Shown here piece after piece: positions 56,283 to 64,000 of a stretch of DNA of 64,000 nt. Position 1 is the first letter of the stretch. The number at the start of each line of letters is the position of its first letter. The position numbers and the translations under genes were made by a program. The notes below the pieces were generated by a model. That model saw only the letters and a program-made list of their open reading frames with translations. It was not told the DNA's origin and did not search any database. Source of the stretch: Hyphococcus sp. (GTDB taxonomy: Bacteria > Pseudomonadota > Alphaproteobacteria > Caulobacterales > Parvularculaceae); NCBI GenBank assembly GCA_021776395.1, contig JAJFFZ010000076.1:13641-77640 (forward strand). Reading direction: 5' to 3'.

Positions 56283-57097
56283 ACGCTTCACGAAAGAAAT
56301 TTCACGCGAAATATTTTGCGCCAACGCTCTATATCATTTTCCTGATGACGCCGATCTACTGGTTGTTGACGATGAGCCTCAAAACCAATCAGGAAATCCT
56401 GTCAACGTTTTCCCTTTGGCCGGAAAACCTGACCCTGGCGAATTACATTGTCATCTTCACCGATGCGTCGTGGTATTCCGGGTACATCAATTCGATGATC
56501 TATGTTTCAATGAATACGGTGATTTCCGTGCTGGCGGCGTTGCCAGCAGCTTACGCGTTCTCGCGGCACCGGTTCCTGGGCGATAAACATATTTTCTTCT
56601 GGCTGCTGACCAATAGAATGGCGCCGCCGGCGGTGTTCGCCCTGCCATTCTTCCAGCTTTATTCATCGATCGGCCTTTTCGACACCCATATCGCCGTCGC
56701 CCTGGCGCATACGCTTTTTAATATTCCGCTGGCAATCTGGATTTTAGAAGGCTTCATGTCCGGCGTACCACGCGAGATTGATGAAACAGCCTATATTGAC
56801 GGCTATTCCTTCCCGAAGTTCTTCGTAAAAATATTCATGCCGCTAATTGCAAGCGGCATCGGTGTTGCGGCGTTTTTCTGTTTTATGTTTTCGTGGGTCG
56901 AATTACTGATCGCGCGAACATTAACCTCCGTTGCGGCCAAACCCATCGCTGCTGTGATGACACGGACGGTTTCCGCCTCAGGGCTTGACTGGGGCGTTCT
57001 AGCGGCGGCGGGTATTTTGACTATCCTTCCCGGCGCCTTGGTCATCTGGTTTGTGCGCCATCACATCGCGCGCGGCTTTGCGCTTGGGCGTGTGTAG
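56279..57097 (+). CDS. Glycerol ABC transporter permease 2
   Basis: FFWLLTNRMAP, EIDETAYIDG and C-terminal GFALGRV. Confidence 0.88.
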   Translation: MNASRKKFHAKYFAPTLYIIFLMTPIYWLLTMSLKTNQEILSTFSLWPENLTLANYIVIFTDASWYSGYINSMIYVSMNTVISVLAALPAAYAFSRHRFLGDKHIFFWLLTNRMAPPAVFALPFFQLYSSIGLFDTHIAVALAHTLFNIPLAIWILEGFMSGVPREIDETAYIDGYSFPKFFVKIFMPLIASGIGVAAFFCFMFSWVELLIARTLTSVAAKPIAAVMTRTVSASGLDWGVLAAAGILTILPGALVIWFVRHHIARGFALGRV

Positions 57098-57113
57098 GAA
57101 TTAGGAGGCGGCA

Positions 57114-57401
57114 ATGGACCTTTCATGGATGGCCTGGACGGCGCCCACCGCTCTGTTCTTTGGCTCCATCGGAACCGTTCTCGCCTTAATGGCGGCCTTG
57201 TATTTCATGCGGCCAGGTGGAGCCGAGCCGCGCCCGGGACTGTTTTTTCGGCTCGCCACCACACGCGGCGACCGGCTGTTTATTTCTCTGCTGGGCAGCG
57301 CCTTTATCCATCTGGCATGGCTTGGCGCAACCGGGTATGATCTGAAATGGGCGGCGGCAATCTCGCTGGTTTACGCCGCAATCGTTTTCCGCTGGGGATA
57401 A
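57114..57401 (+). CDS. DUF2160 small membrane protein (GlpU-like)
   Basis: WMAWT and TTRGDRLFISLLGSAFIHLAW. Confidence 0.85.
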   Translation: MDLSWMAWTAPTALFFGSIGTVLALMAALYFMRPGGAEPRPGLFFRLATTRGDRLFISLLGSAFIHLAWLGATGYDLKWAAAISLVYAAIVFRWG

Positions 57402-57477
57402 CCTTGTTGATTTTCATACCCGCATGTTCACCGTTGCAACCCGGCTCGCCGGTGTTTTCGTTATGAGGAGTGTCTTC

Positions 57478-59193
57478 ATGAGATTGCTGTCGACAATAAA
57501 ACAAGCCGCCAGTGTTTTAGCGATTTCGGCCATCGCCGCCGGTTCAGCCCATGCTGATATGGATGCCGCACGCAAATGGATAGGCGAAGAATTCCAACCC
57601 TCGACCTTAAGCCAGGACGAACAGCAAGCCGAGATGGCGTGGTTCATCAAGGCCGCCGAGCCCTTCAAGGGAATGGAAATCAACGTCGTGTCGGAGACCA
57701 TCGCGACGCATGAATATGAATCCAAGAAACTCGCCAAAGCATTTTTTGAAATCACCGGCATCAAGGTCAATCACGACCTCATCGGTGAAGGCGACGTTAT
57801 TGAAAAACTGCAAACTCAAATGCAGACCGGACGAAATATCTACGACGCTTATGTCAATGATTCCGATTTGATCGGCACGCATTATCGCTACAAGCAGGTT
57901 GTCGCGCTGTCCGACTGGATGGCCGGCGAAGGCAAGGACGTTACGTTGCCGAGCCTAGATATTGATGACTTTATCGGGCGATCTTTCACCACCGCGCCAG
58001 ACGGGAAACTTTACCAACTCCCAGACCAGCAATTCGCTAATCTCTATTGGTTTCGCTATGACTGGTTTACCGATCCCGACCTCAAAGCCCGCTTCAAGAA
58101 CAAATACGGATATGAGCTAGGCGTTCCGGTAAACTGGTCCGCCTACGAAGATATTGCTGACTTCTTCACCAATGATGTGCGCGAAATCGATGGCGTGCGA
58201 GTCTATGGTCATATGGATTACGGCAAAAAAGACCCCTCGCTCGGCTGGCGGTTTACCGATGCCTGGCTCTCCATGGCTGGCGCAGGCGACACCGGCATCC
58301 CCAACGGTCTGCCTGTGGATGAGTGGGGCATTCGCGTTGACGGCTGCCGCCCGGTCGGCTCATCGGTCGCGCGCGGCGGCGCAACCAACGGTCCTGCCGC
58401 CGTTTATGCCGTGCAAAAATATATCGACTGGCTGAAAGCCTACGCGCCACCGCAAGCCGCCGGCATGGTGTTTTCCGAAGCCGGCCCCGTCCCCGCACAA
58501 GGCGCCATCGCCCAGCAAATCTTCTGGTACACGGCGTTCACAGCCGACATGGTGAAACCGGGTCTGCCGGTTGTCGCCGAAGACGGGACGCCGAAATGGC
58601 GCATGGCCCCCTCGCCGCACGGCGCCTACTGGCAGGAGGGTCAAAAGCTCGGCTATCAGGACGCCGGGTCGTGGACATTGATGAAGTCAACGCCGGTCAA
58701 GCGACGCAAAGCAGCGTGGCTTTATGCGCAGTTTGTGGTTTCCAAAACCGTATCGTTAAAGAAGAGCCATGTCGGCCTCACCTTCATTCGGGAGTCAGAC
58801 ATTCAAGATCAATCGTTCACGGACCGCATGACCGAGCTTGGCGGGCTGGTTGAGTTTTATCGCTCGCCCGCTCGCCTTCAGTGGTCGCCCACAGGCACGA
58901 ATGTTCCGGACTACCCGAAACTTGCCCAGCTTTGGTGGCAAAATATCGGCGACGCCTCCTCCGGCGCCAAGACCGCACAACAGGCGATGGACGCCCTCGC
59001 TGACGCACAAGATAAAATCTTGTCGCGGCTGGAACGTGCTGGCGTGCACGGGGAATGCGGACCGAAGCTCAACAAGAAAACCAATCCCGCTGATTGGCTG
59101 GCGAAAGAAGGTGCGCCCAAAGCCAAGCTCGCCAATGAACGCCCGGCGCCGGAAACCATTGACTATGATACGCTGGTTGAAAGCTGGCGCTAA
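57478..59193 (+). CDS. Glycerol ABC transporter substrate-binding protein (GlpV-like)
   Basis: Signal peptide, EFQPSTL, VSETIATHEYES, QLPDQQFANLYWFR and PTGTNVPDYPKLAQLWW. Confidence 0.88.
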   Translation: MRLLSTIKQAASVLAISAIAAGSAHADMDAARKWIGEEFQPSTLSQDEQQAEMAWFIKAAEPFKGMEINVVSETIATHEYESKKLAKAFFEITGIKVNHDLIGEGDVIEKLQTQMQTGRNIYDAYVNDSDLIGTHYRYKQVVALSDWMAGEGKDVTLPSLDIDDFIGRSFTTAPDGKLYQLPDQQFANLYWFRYDWFTDPDLKARFKNKYGYELGVPVNWSAYEDIADFFTNDVREIDGVRVYGHMDYGKKDPSLGWRFTDAWLSMAGAGDTGIPNGLPVDEWGIRVDGCRPVGSSVARGGATNGPAAVYAVQKYIDWLKAYAPPQAAGMVFSEAGPVPAQGAIAQQIFWYTAFTADMVKPGLPVVAEDGTPKWRMAPSPHGAYWQEGQKLGYQDAGSWTLMKSTPVKRRKAAWLYAQFVVSKTVSLKKSHVGLTFIRESDIQDQSFTDRMTELGGLVEFYRSPARLQWSPTGTNVPDYPKLAQLWWQNIGDASSGAKTAQQAMDALADAQDKILSRLERAGVHGECGPKLNKKTNPADWLAKEGAPKAKLANERPAPETIDYDTLVESWR

Positions 59194-59215
59194 AGCAGCG
59201 CTTAGCTCTCCACCG

Positions 59216-60373
59216 CTACAGCCTTCCCGTATAGGCGGCTTCAAAGATTTCATGGGCGGACGCTGCGTCGAGCTTTACCGGGTTCGTTGCAGCGGTCGGG
59301 TCAATGGCGGCCATTTCGGAAATTTTCTGCACTTGCGCGTCATCAACGCCAAAGTCTTTTAATGTATGCGGAACATTTATTTCGTACCTGAGGTCAATCA
59401 ACCATTGCATCAACCCGTCAAATTTTCCATCAATGCCTAAGAAAGCTGATAGCCGCTCGATCTTCTCCTCAATCGCCTTACGGTTAAAAGCCAACGCATA
59501 AGGCATGATCACAGCGTTGGTCATACCGTGATGGGTGTCATAGAGGGCGCCGATAGGATGCGACAGGGAATGAATGGCGCCCAGCCCTTTTTGAAAGGCG
59601 ACAGCGCCCATGGACGCGGCTGCAAGCATCTTCGCGCGCGCTTCTATATTGGCGCCGTCTTTCACGGCAGCGCCAAGCGCATCTTTAACCAGCCGCATGC
59701 CCTCTAACGCAATCCCTTCCGACTGCGGATGAAATGTCGGCGCGCAATAGGCCTCCAGGCAATGGGCGAACGCATCCAGCCCCACCCCCGCCGTCAGAAC
59801 CGGCGGCATCCCGACGGTCAGTTGCGGATCGGAAATCACGCATACCGGCATCATCCGGGGGTGAAAAATAATTTTCTTCTCAAGCGTCTCTTCCCTGACA
59901 ATAACTGAAGCGCGACCAACCTCCGACCCCGTTCCCGCCGTCGTCGGCACGGCAACCACCGGCGCGATTGCATCGCTGTCAGCGCGTCGCCACCAATCAT
60001 CGACGTCTTCATAGTCCCACAGCACTCGCGATTGGCCATGCAAAAAAGCTATCGCCTTGCCGCAATCAATCGCGCTGCCGCCGCCAAAGGCGATGACGCC
60101 GTCATGACCGCCGTCGCGGAAGATTTTAGCGCCGGCGTCGATATTGGCTCCGGTCGGGTTTGGCTTTAGGTCTGAGAACAGCGCAACACCCAAACCCGCC
60201 GCGCGACATTGCGCCAAGGCGTTCTCACTCATTGGAAATTTTGCAAGCACCGGGTCCGTGACTAACAAAGGCCGGCGCATACCCGCACTCGCGCAAACAT
60301 CCGCCAGCTCATTGATGCGGCCCGCACCGAAGCGAATTAATGTCGGATAACTCCAGTCAGCACGCATCTGCAT
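59216..60373 (-). CDS. Iron-containing alcohol dehydrogenase
   Basis: WSYPT, GGGSAID, PTTAGTGSE, DAFAHCLE and HSLSH...HHG. Confidence 0.92.
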   Translation of the reverse strand: MQMRADWSYPTLIRFGAGRINELADVCASAGMRRPLLVTDPVLAKFPMSENALAQCRAAGLGVALFSDLKPNPTGANIDAGAKIFRDGGHDGVIAFGGGSAIDCGKAIAFLHGQSRVLWDYEDVDDWWRRADSDAIAPVVAVPTTAGTGSEVGRASVIVREETLEKKIIFHPRMMPVCVISDPQLTVGMPPVLTAGVGLDAFAHCLEAYCAPTFHPQSEGIALEGMRLVKDALGAAVKDGANIEARAKMLAAASMGAVAFQKGLGAIHSLSHPIGALYDTHHGMTNAVIMPYALAFNRKAIEEKIERLSAFLGIDGKFDGLMQWLIDLRYEINVPHTLKDFGVDDAQVQKISEMAAIDPTAATNPVKLDAASAHEIFEAAYTGRL

Positions 60374-60383
60374 CAGGCGCCCT

Positions 60384-61775
60384 TTAGATTTGGTGTTTCA
60401 GGTGAAATGATTTTGGTCGCGTCAATGTGCTGTAGCCAATTGATGACAGCGTCGCGCCGCGCCCGGTATTTTTTACGCCAGTCCAGGCCAGCGCCGGGTC
60501 GAGATAGTCGCAGCGGTTCATGAAAACCGTTCCGGTTTCTATCTCGCCGCCAAGGTTTTGTGCGCGTTCGAGATCCGTCGTCCAGATCGAAGCGCTCAAC
60601 CCATAGGCGCTGTCGTTCATCAACCGAACAGCTTCATCATCGTCGCGCACTTTCATAATGCCGACCACAGGGCCAAAGGATTCTTCCATCATCACCGTCA
60701 TGGAATGATCGACATCGATAAGCGCCTGCGGCGCCATATAGGCCGAACCCGGCGCATCCAGCTTGAAATTCTTCGCATCAATCAGCGCGCGGGCGCCGGA
60801 ATTCACCGCCGAGCTGATTTGGCCGCGTACAAAATCAGCCGCCGCAGGCTTTACCATCGGTCCAAGCGTTGTCGCTTCTTCAAGCGGGTCGCCCAAAATA
60901 TATGCGCGCGCGTGTTGCGCAAATCCATCGATAAAATCCTGGTAAATCTTTTCATGCACATAGATGCGCTCAATCCCGCAACAACTTTGGCCTGAATTGA
61001 AATAGGCGCCGTCGACAAGATTTTCCACCGCATGGTCAAGGTCTGCATCCTCCCGCACATAAGCGGGGTCTTTACCGCCCAACTCCAGCCCGACCCCCAT
61101 AAATGTGGCAGCGGCCGCCATGGAAACCGCCCTGCCGCCCGATACCGAGCCGGTAAAATTCACCTGGTCGATTTTGTTGCTGGCGATCATCGCTGCGGAT
61201 TGGTTATGGCTGAGGCAAAGATTTTTAAACACGCCTGCCGGCAAGCCCGCCTTGTCGCATGCCGCCTGCAACCGCTCACCCACGCCAAGGGTTTGCGCGG
61301 CGTGTTTTAAACTGACGGTATTGCCCGCCATCAATGCCGGGATCAGCGAATTTACCGCTGTGAGATAGGGGTAATTCCACGGCGCGATAATAAAAACCAC
61401 GCCCATGGGTACGCGCTCGATGAAACGGCGGGCGCCGTCCACAGGCGCTGGTTCAATCGGCGCCAGCGCCGCCTCGGCAATCGCGATCATGTGGCGCGCG
61501 CGCTCCTCAAAGCCGCGCAATTCTCCGGCGCCAAACCGAACGGGGCGACCCATCTGCCATGCAAGCTCGGGCGTAATGTCCGCTTCCATGGCCAGCACAT
61601 TATCAACAATGGCTGTGCAATATTGCGCGCGCTCGGCGATAGAAAGAGCGGACCAACCGGCATGTGCAACTCGCGCCGCACATAGCGCCGCCTCTATCTC
61701 CTGACCAGTCGCAACCGGGCGTTCAAGATATACCGAGCCGTCAATCGGCGATATGCACCGTGTCATCTCTGTCAT
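60384..61775 (-). CDS. Aldehyde dehydrogenase (gamma-glutamyl-aminoaldehyde type)
   Basis: APWNYP, FTGS, LELGGKDP, NSGQSCC and EESFGP. Confidence 0.92.
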   Translation of the reverse strand: MTEMTRCISPIDGSVYLERPVATGQEIEAALCAARVAHAGWSALSIAERAQYCTAIVDNVLAMEADITPELAWQMGRPVRFGAGELRGFEERARHMIAIAEAALAPIEPAPVDGARRFIERVPMGVVFIIAPWNYPYLTAVNSLIPALMAGNTVSLKHAAQTLGVGERLQAACDKAGLPAGVFKNLCLSHNQSAAMIASNKIDQVNFTGSVSGGRAVSMAAAATFMGVGLELGGKDPAYVREDADLDHAVENLVDGAYFNSGQSCCGIERIYVHEKIYQDFIDGFAQHARAYILGDPLEEATTLGPMVKPAAADFVRGQISSAVNSGARALIDAKNFKLDAPGSAYMAPQALIDVDHSMTVMMEESFGPVVGIMKVRDDDEAVRLMNDSAYGLSASIWTTDLERAQNLGGEIETGTVFMNRCDYLDPALAWTGVKNTGRGATLSSIGYSTLTRPKSFHLKHQI

Positions 61776-61787
61776 GGCGTGCGTCCG

Positions 61788-63155
61788 TTATGAGCGTTCA
61801 AATCCACGCTTCAATTCCCAATCCGTGACGCAGCGATCATACTCGGACTGCTCCCATTTTGCTGCATGCACATAGTGATTAATCACCCCGTCTCCAAACG
61901 CGGCGCGCAACATTTCCGACCGGTCAAGCATCTCGGTCGCGGCGCGCAACGTTGCGGGCACGGCGCGCAGATTGTCATCGCCATAGGCGTCGCCGACAAA
62001 GCCCGGCGCCAATGTCATTTTCTTTTCAATGCCGTCAATGCCGGCGGCGAGGAGCGCGGCTTTCGCCAGATATGGGTTAAGATCACCGCCGCCAACCCGG
62101 CATTCACAGCGTATCGCTTTTGATGCTTCGCCGCATAAACGAAACCCAGCCGTACGATTGTCACGCGACCACACCAGCCGGGTTGGCGCAAACGTGCCGG
62201 CCTGAAACCGTTTATAGGAGTTGATGAACGGCGCCAGAAAATATGTGATCGCCTCGCCATGGGCCAACAACCCCGCCATAAATTGCCGCATCAACTCTGA
62301 CATTCCGTATTCGGCGGGCTCGTCAAAAAACAACGGCTTCTTGCCGGCCTTATCCCACAGAGACATATGAATGTGGCAACTGTTGCCAGCAAGCTCATGC
62401 TTCCACTTTGCCATAAAGGTAATCGCCCGCTCATGACTGTGGGCGATTTCTTTCATGCCGTTCTTCATGATAACATGGCGGTCAGCCATAGTCAGCGCAT
62501 CCGCATAGCGGACATTCAACTCTTGTTGCCCGGGGCCCCACTCGCCTTTGGAATTTTCAACCGGAATGCCGGCGCCCTGCATGCCATTGCGCATCGCGCG
62601 CAGGAGGGGCTCTTCTTTTGAAGTTTGCAGGATATGATAGTCTTCAATGAAGGCGCCGCTGGGTTTAATGTCTTGGAAATGTTTCTCCGCAGCGGAGCCA
62701 TAAGTTTCATGAAACATATAAAACTCAAGCTCAGAAGCGGTCATCGCCGTCATGCCCATCGCATCGAGCCGCGCAAGCTGGCTTTTGAGTATTGCGCGCG
62801 GGCTGATCGGCGCCGGCTTGCCGGAGTGGTCCAGAATATCGCACAGAACCAGCGCCGTTCCCTCAAGCCAGGGCGTAATGCGCAACGTGGAAAGGTCAGG
62901 CTTTAAAATAAAATCGCCATAGCCCTTATCCCAACCTGTCGTCTCATAGCCGGGCACAAGCTCCATTTCCATATCATTGGCGAGAAGATAATCGCATGCA
63001 TGGGTTTCCTCATGCCCGCCATCGATAAAAAATTCAGCATGAAACCGCTTACCCATAAGCCGGCCTTGCATATCCGGAAAGCAAACAAGAACCGTATCGA
63101 TACGCTCTTTGCGAACTTCGCCTCGTAACGCGTCCAGGGAAAGCAGACCCTTCAT
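61788..63155 (-). CDS. Glutamine synthetase-like gamma-glutamyl-amine ligase
   Basis: DMQGRLMGKR, ELEF, EWGPGQQE, GNSCHIHMS, NSYKRF, DNRT and ECRVGG; true start probably 63155. Confidence 0.9.
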   Translation of the reverse strand: MKGLLSLDALRGEVRKERIDTVLVCFPDMQGRLMGKRFHAEFFIDGGHEETHACDYLLANDMEMELVPGYETTGWDKGYGDFILKPDLSTLRITPWLEGTALVLCDILDHSGKPAPISPRAILKSQLARLDAMGMTAMTASELEFYMFHETYGSAAEKHFQDIKPSGAFIEDYHILQTSKEEPLLRAMRNGMQGAGIPVENSKGEWGPGQQELNVRYADALTMADRHVIMKNGMKEIAHSHERAITFMAKWKHELAGNSCHIHMSLWDKAGKKPLFFDEPAEYGMSELMRQFMAGLLAHGEAITYFLAPFINSYKRFQAGTFAPTRLVWSRDNRTAGFRLCGEASKAIRCECRVGGGDLNPYLAKAALLAAGIDGIEKKMTLAPGFVGDAYGDDNLRAVPATLRAATEMLDRSEMLRAAFGDGVINHYVHAAKWEQSEYDRCVTDWELKRGFERS

Positions 63156-63160
63156 CAGAT

Positions 63161-64000
63161 TTATCCGTGGTTTGATTGTTTTGATATCGTACGCTGGTCC
63201 ATTGCGAATTGTTCTTCCGGCGACAAGACAAGGTGGCGTCTGCCATGGGCGGCAAAATAGACGATGCCAACCGCGAACCACCCGGCGACGGCAAAAACGC
63301 CGGCGCGATAGGTGGGATCGCTGAGCTGGTAATATAACGTAAGCAGAGCGATGACTATCGTCGCCCATGCGCCGAGCGGCCCGAGCGGGCTGCGAAATGG
63401 CCGCTCAATTGACGGCATGTTTTTGCGCAGCAGCAGGAACGAGGCCGCCTGCAATACGTAAGAAAACATGGCGCCGAAAACCGCCATGTTTAACAATGTT
63501 CCGCCGATGATGCTTTCCCCGCGCGCCGCGCCCGCCAGAAGCCACACTGTCATCATCACGGTAAGGCCGACGGCCGAGCCAAAAATCATCGCCACATAAG
63601 GCGTTTTGCGTTTACCATGAGTAAGCGATAAAAATTGCGGGAAATATCCGGCGCGCGAGAGAGAATAAATCTGCCGGCCTTTGGCGAAAATAATCGTGTG
63701 GAACGATGCAACCAGGCCGATGACTGCCACCAGGGCGAGCAGCTTGGCGGTGCTGCCGCCATAGATGGCGCGAAAACCGTCCAGCAACGGTTCGCCAGAT
63801 TGCCCGAGCGCATAAGAGCCAACGCCGATGACGCTGGCGTTCAGAAATAAAATTGCGAACGCAGAAATGATGAGCGTCACCATGCCTGCGATAATCCCGC
63901 GCGGCATATCGCGCTTTGGATCAACCGATTCCTCCGCCGCCAGCGGCAATTGTTCTATCGCCAGAAACAACCAAACCGCAAACGGCAAAGCCGCGAGCGC
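63161..64000 (-). CDS. APC-family amino acid/amine permease, ethanolamine permease-like (5' end beyond window)
   Basis: PFAVWLFLAIEQLPLAAEE, GLVASFHTII, SLSRAGYFP and ERPFRSP. Confidence 0.82.
   Translation of the reverse strand, partial: ALAALPFAVWLFLAIEQLPLAAEESVDPKRDMPRGIIAGMVTLIISAFAILFLNASVIGVGSYALGQSGEPLLDGFRAIYGGSTAKLLALVAVIGLVASFHTIIFAKGRQIYSLSRAGYFPQFLSLTHGKRKTPYVAMIFGSAVGLTVMMTVWLLAGAARGESIIGGTLLNMAVFGAMFSYVLQAASFLLLRKNMPSIERPFRSPLGPLGAWATIVIALLTLYYQLSDPTYRAGVFAVAGWFAVGIVYFAAHGRRHLVLSPEEQFAMDQRTISKQSNHG

Noticed and set aside
63156-63368. N-terminal extension of the GS-like ORF
   Set aside because: It overlaps the permease in another frame; family-like sequence starts at MKGLLS (63155).
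1-64000. CRISPR arrays, tRNA/rRNA, IS elements, prophage
   Set aside because: No regularly spaced short repeats, RNA gene signatures, transposases, integrases or phage genes were seen; the only long repeat is the intragenic PAS duplication.

Overview
A gene-dense 64 kb stretch of an alphaproteobacterial chromosome. The gene content (F7-type che genes, CtrA-like boxes, TonB sugar locus, Na+ symporter) suggests a marine Caulobacterales/Parvularculales-like organism; this is inference only. I found no rRNA, tRNA, CRISPR, transposase or integrase. Modules in order: (1) NAD-dependent formate dehydrogenase fdsG-fdsB (runs off the left edge), DUF1244 and folD. (2) A complete aerobic purine degradation cluster (uraH-xdhABC-guaD, puuD, puuE-uraD-alc-allA). 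(3) Directly adjacent, ung, a nucleoside deoxyribosyltransferase-family enzyme, ribokinase, deoC and a split ALDH16-like pair, which together read as a deoxynucleoside/DNA scavenging pathway. (4) A chemotaxis cluster with a five-PAS receptor alternating AerC/BdlA-like and Aer2-like heme PAS domains. (5) A sucrose locus (TBDR, GH13_4 hydrolase, fructokinase, SSS, LacI with visible operators) that ends in two flavin-dependent halogenase genes and carries a two-hairpin CCUCC-loop RNA element. (6) Methyltransferase/LysR/GST. (7) An MMPL + LolA-like + beta-barrel triad followed by GDPD, a lipase-like hydrolase, a glycerol ABC transporter and an ethanolamine gamma-glutamylation pathway, which together suggest a phosphatidylethanolamine scavenging system. 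All calls rest on motif recognition by eye; no database searches were run.
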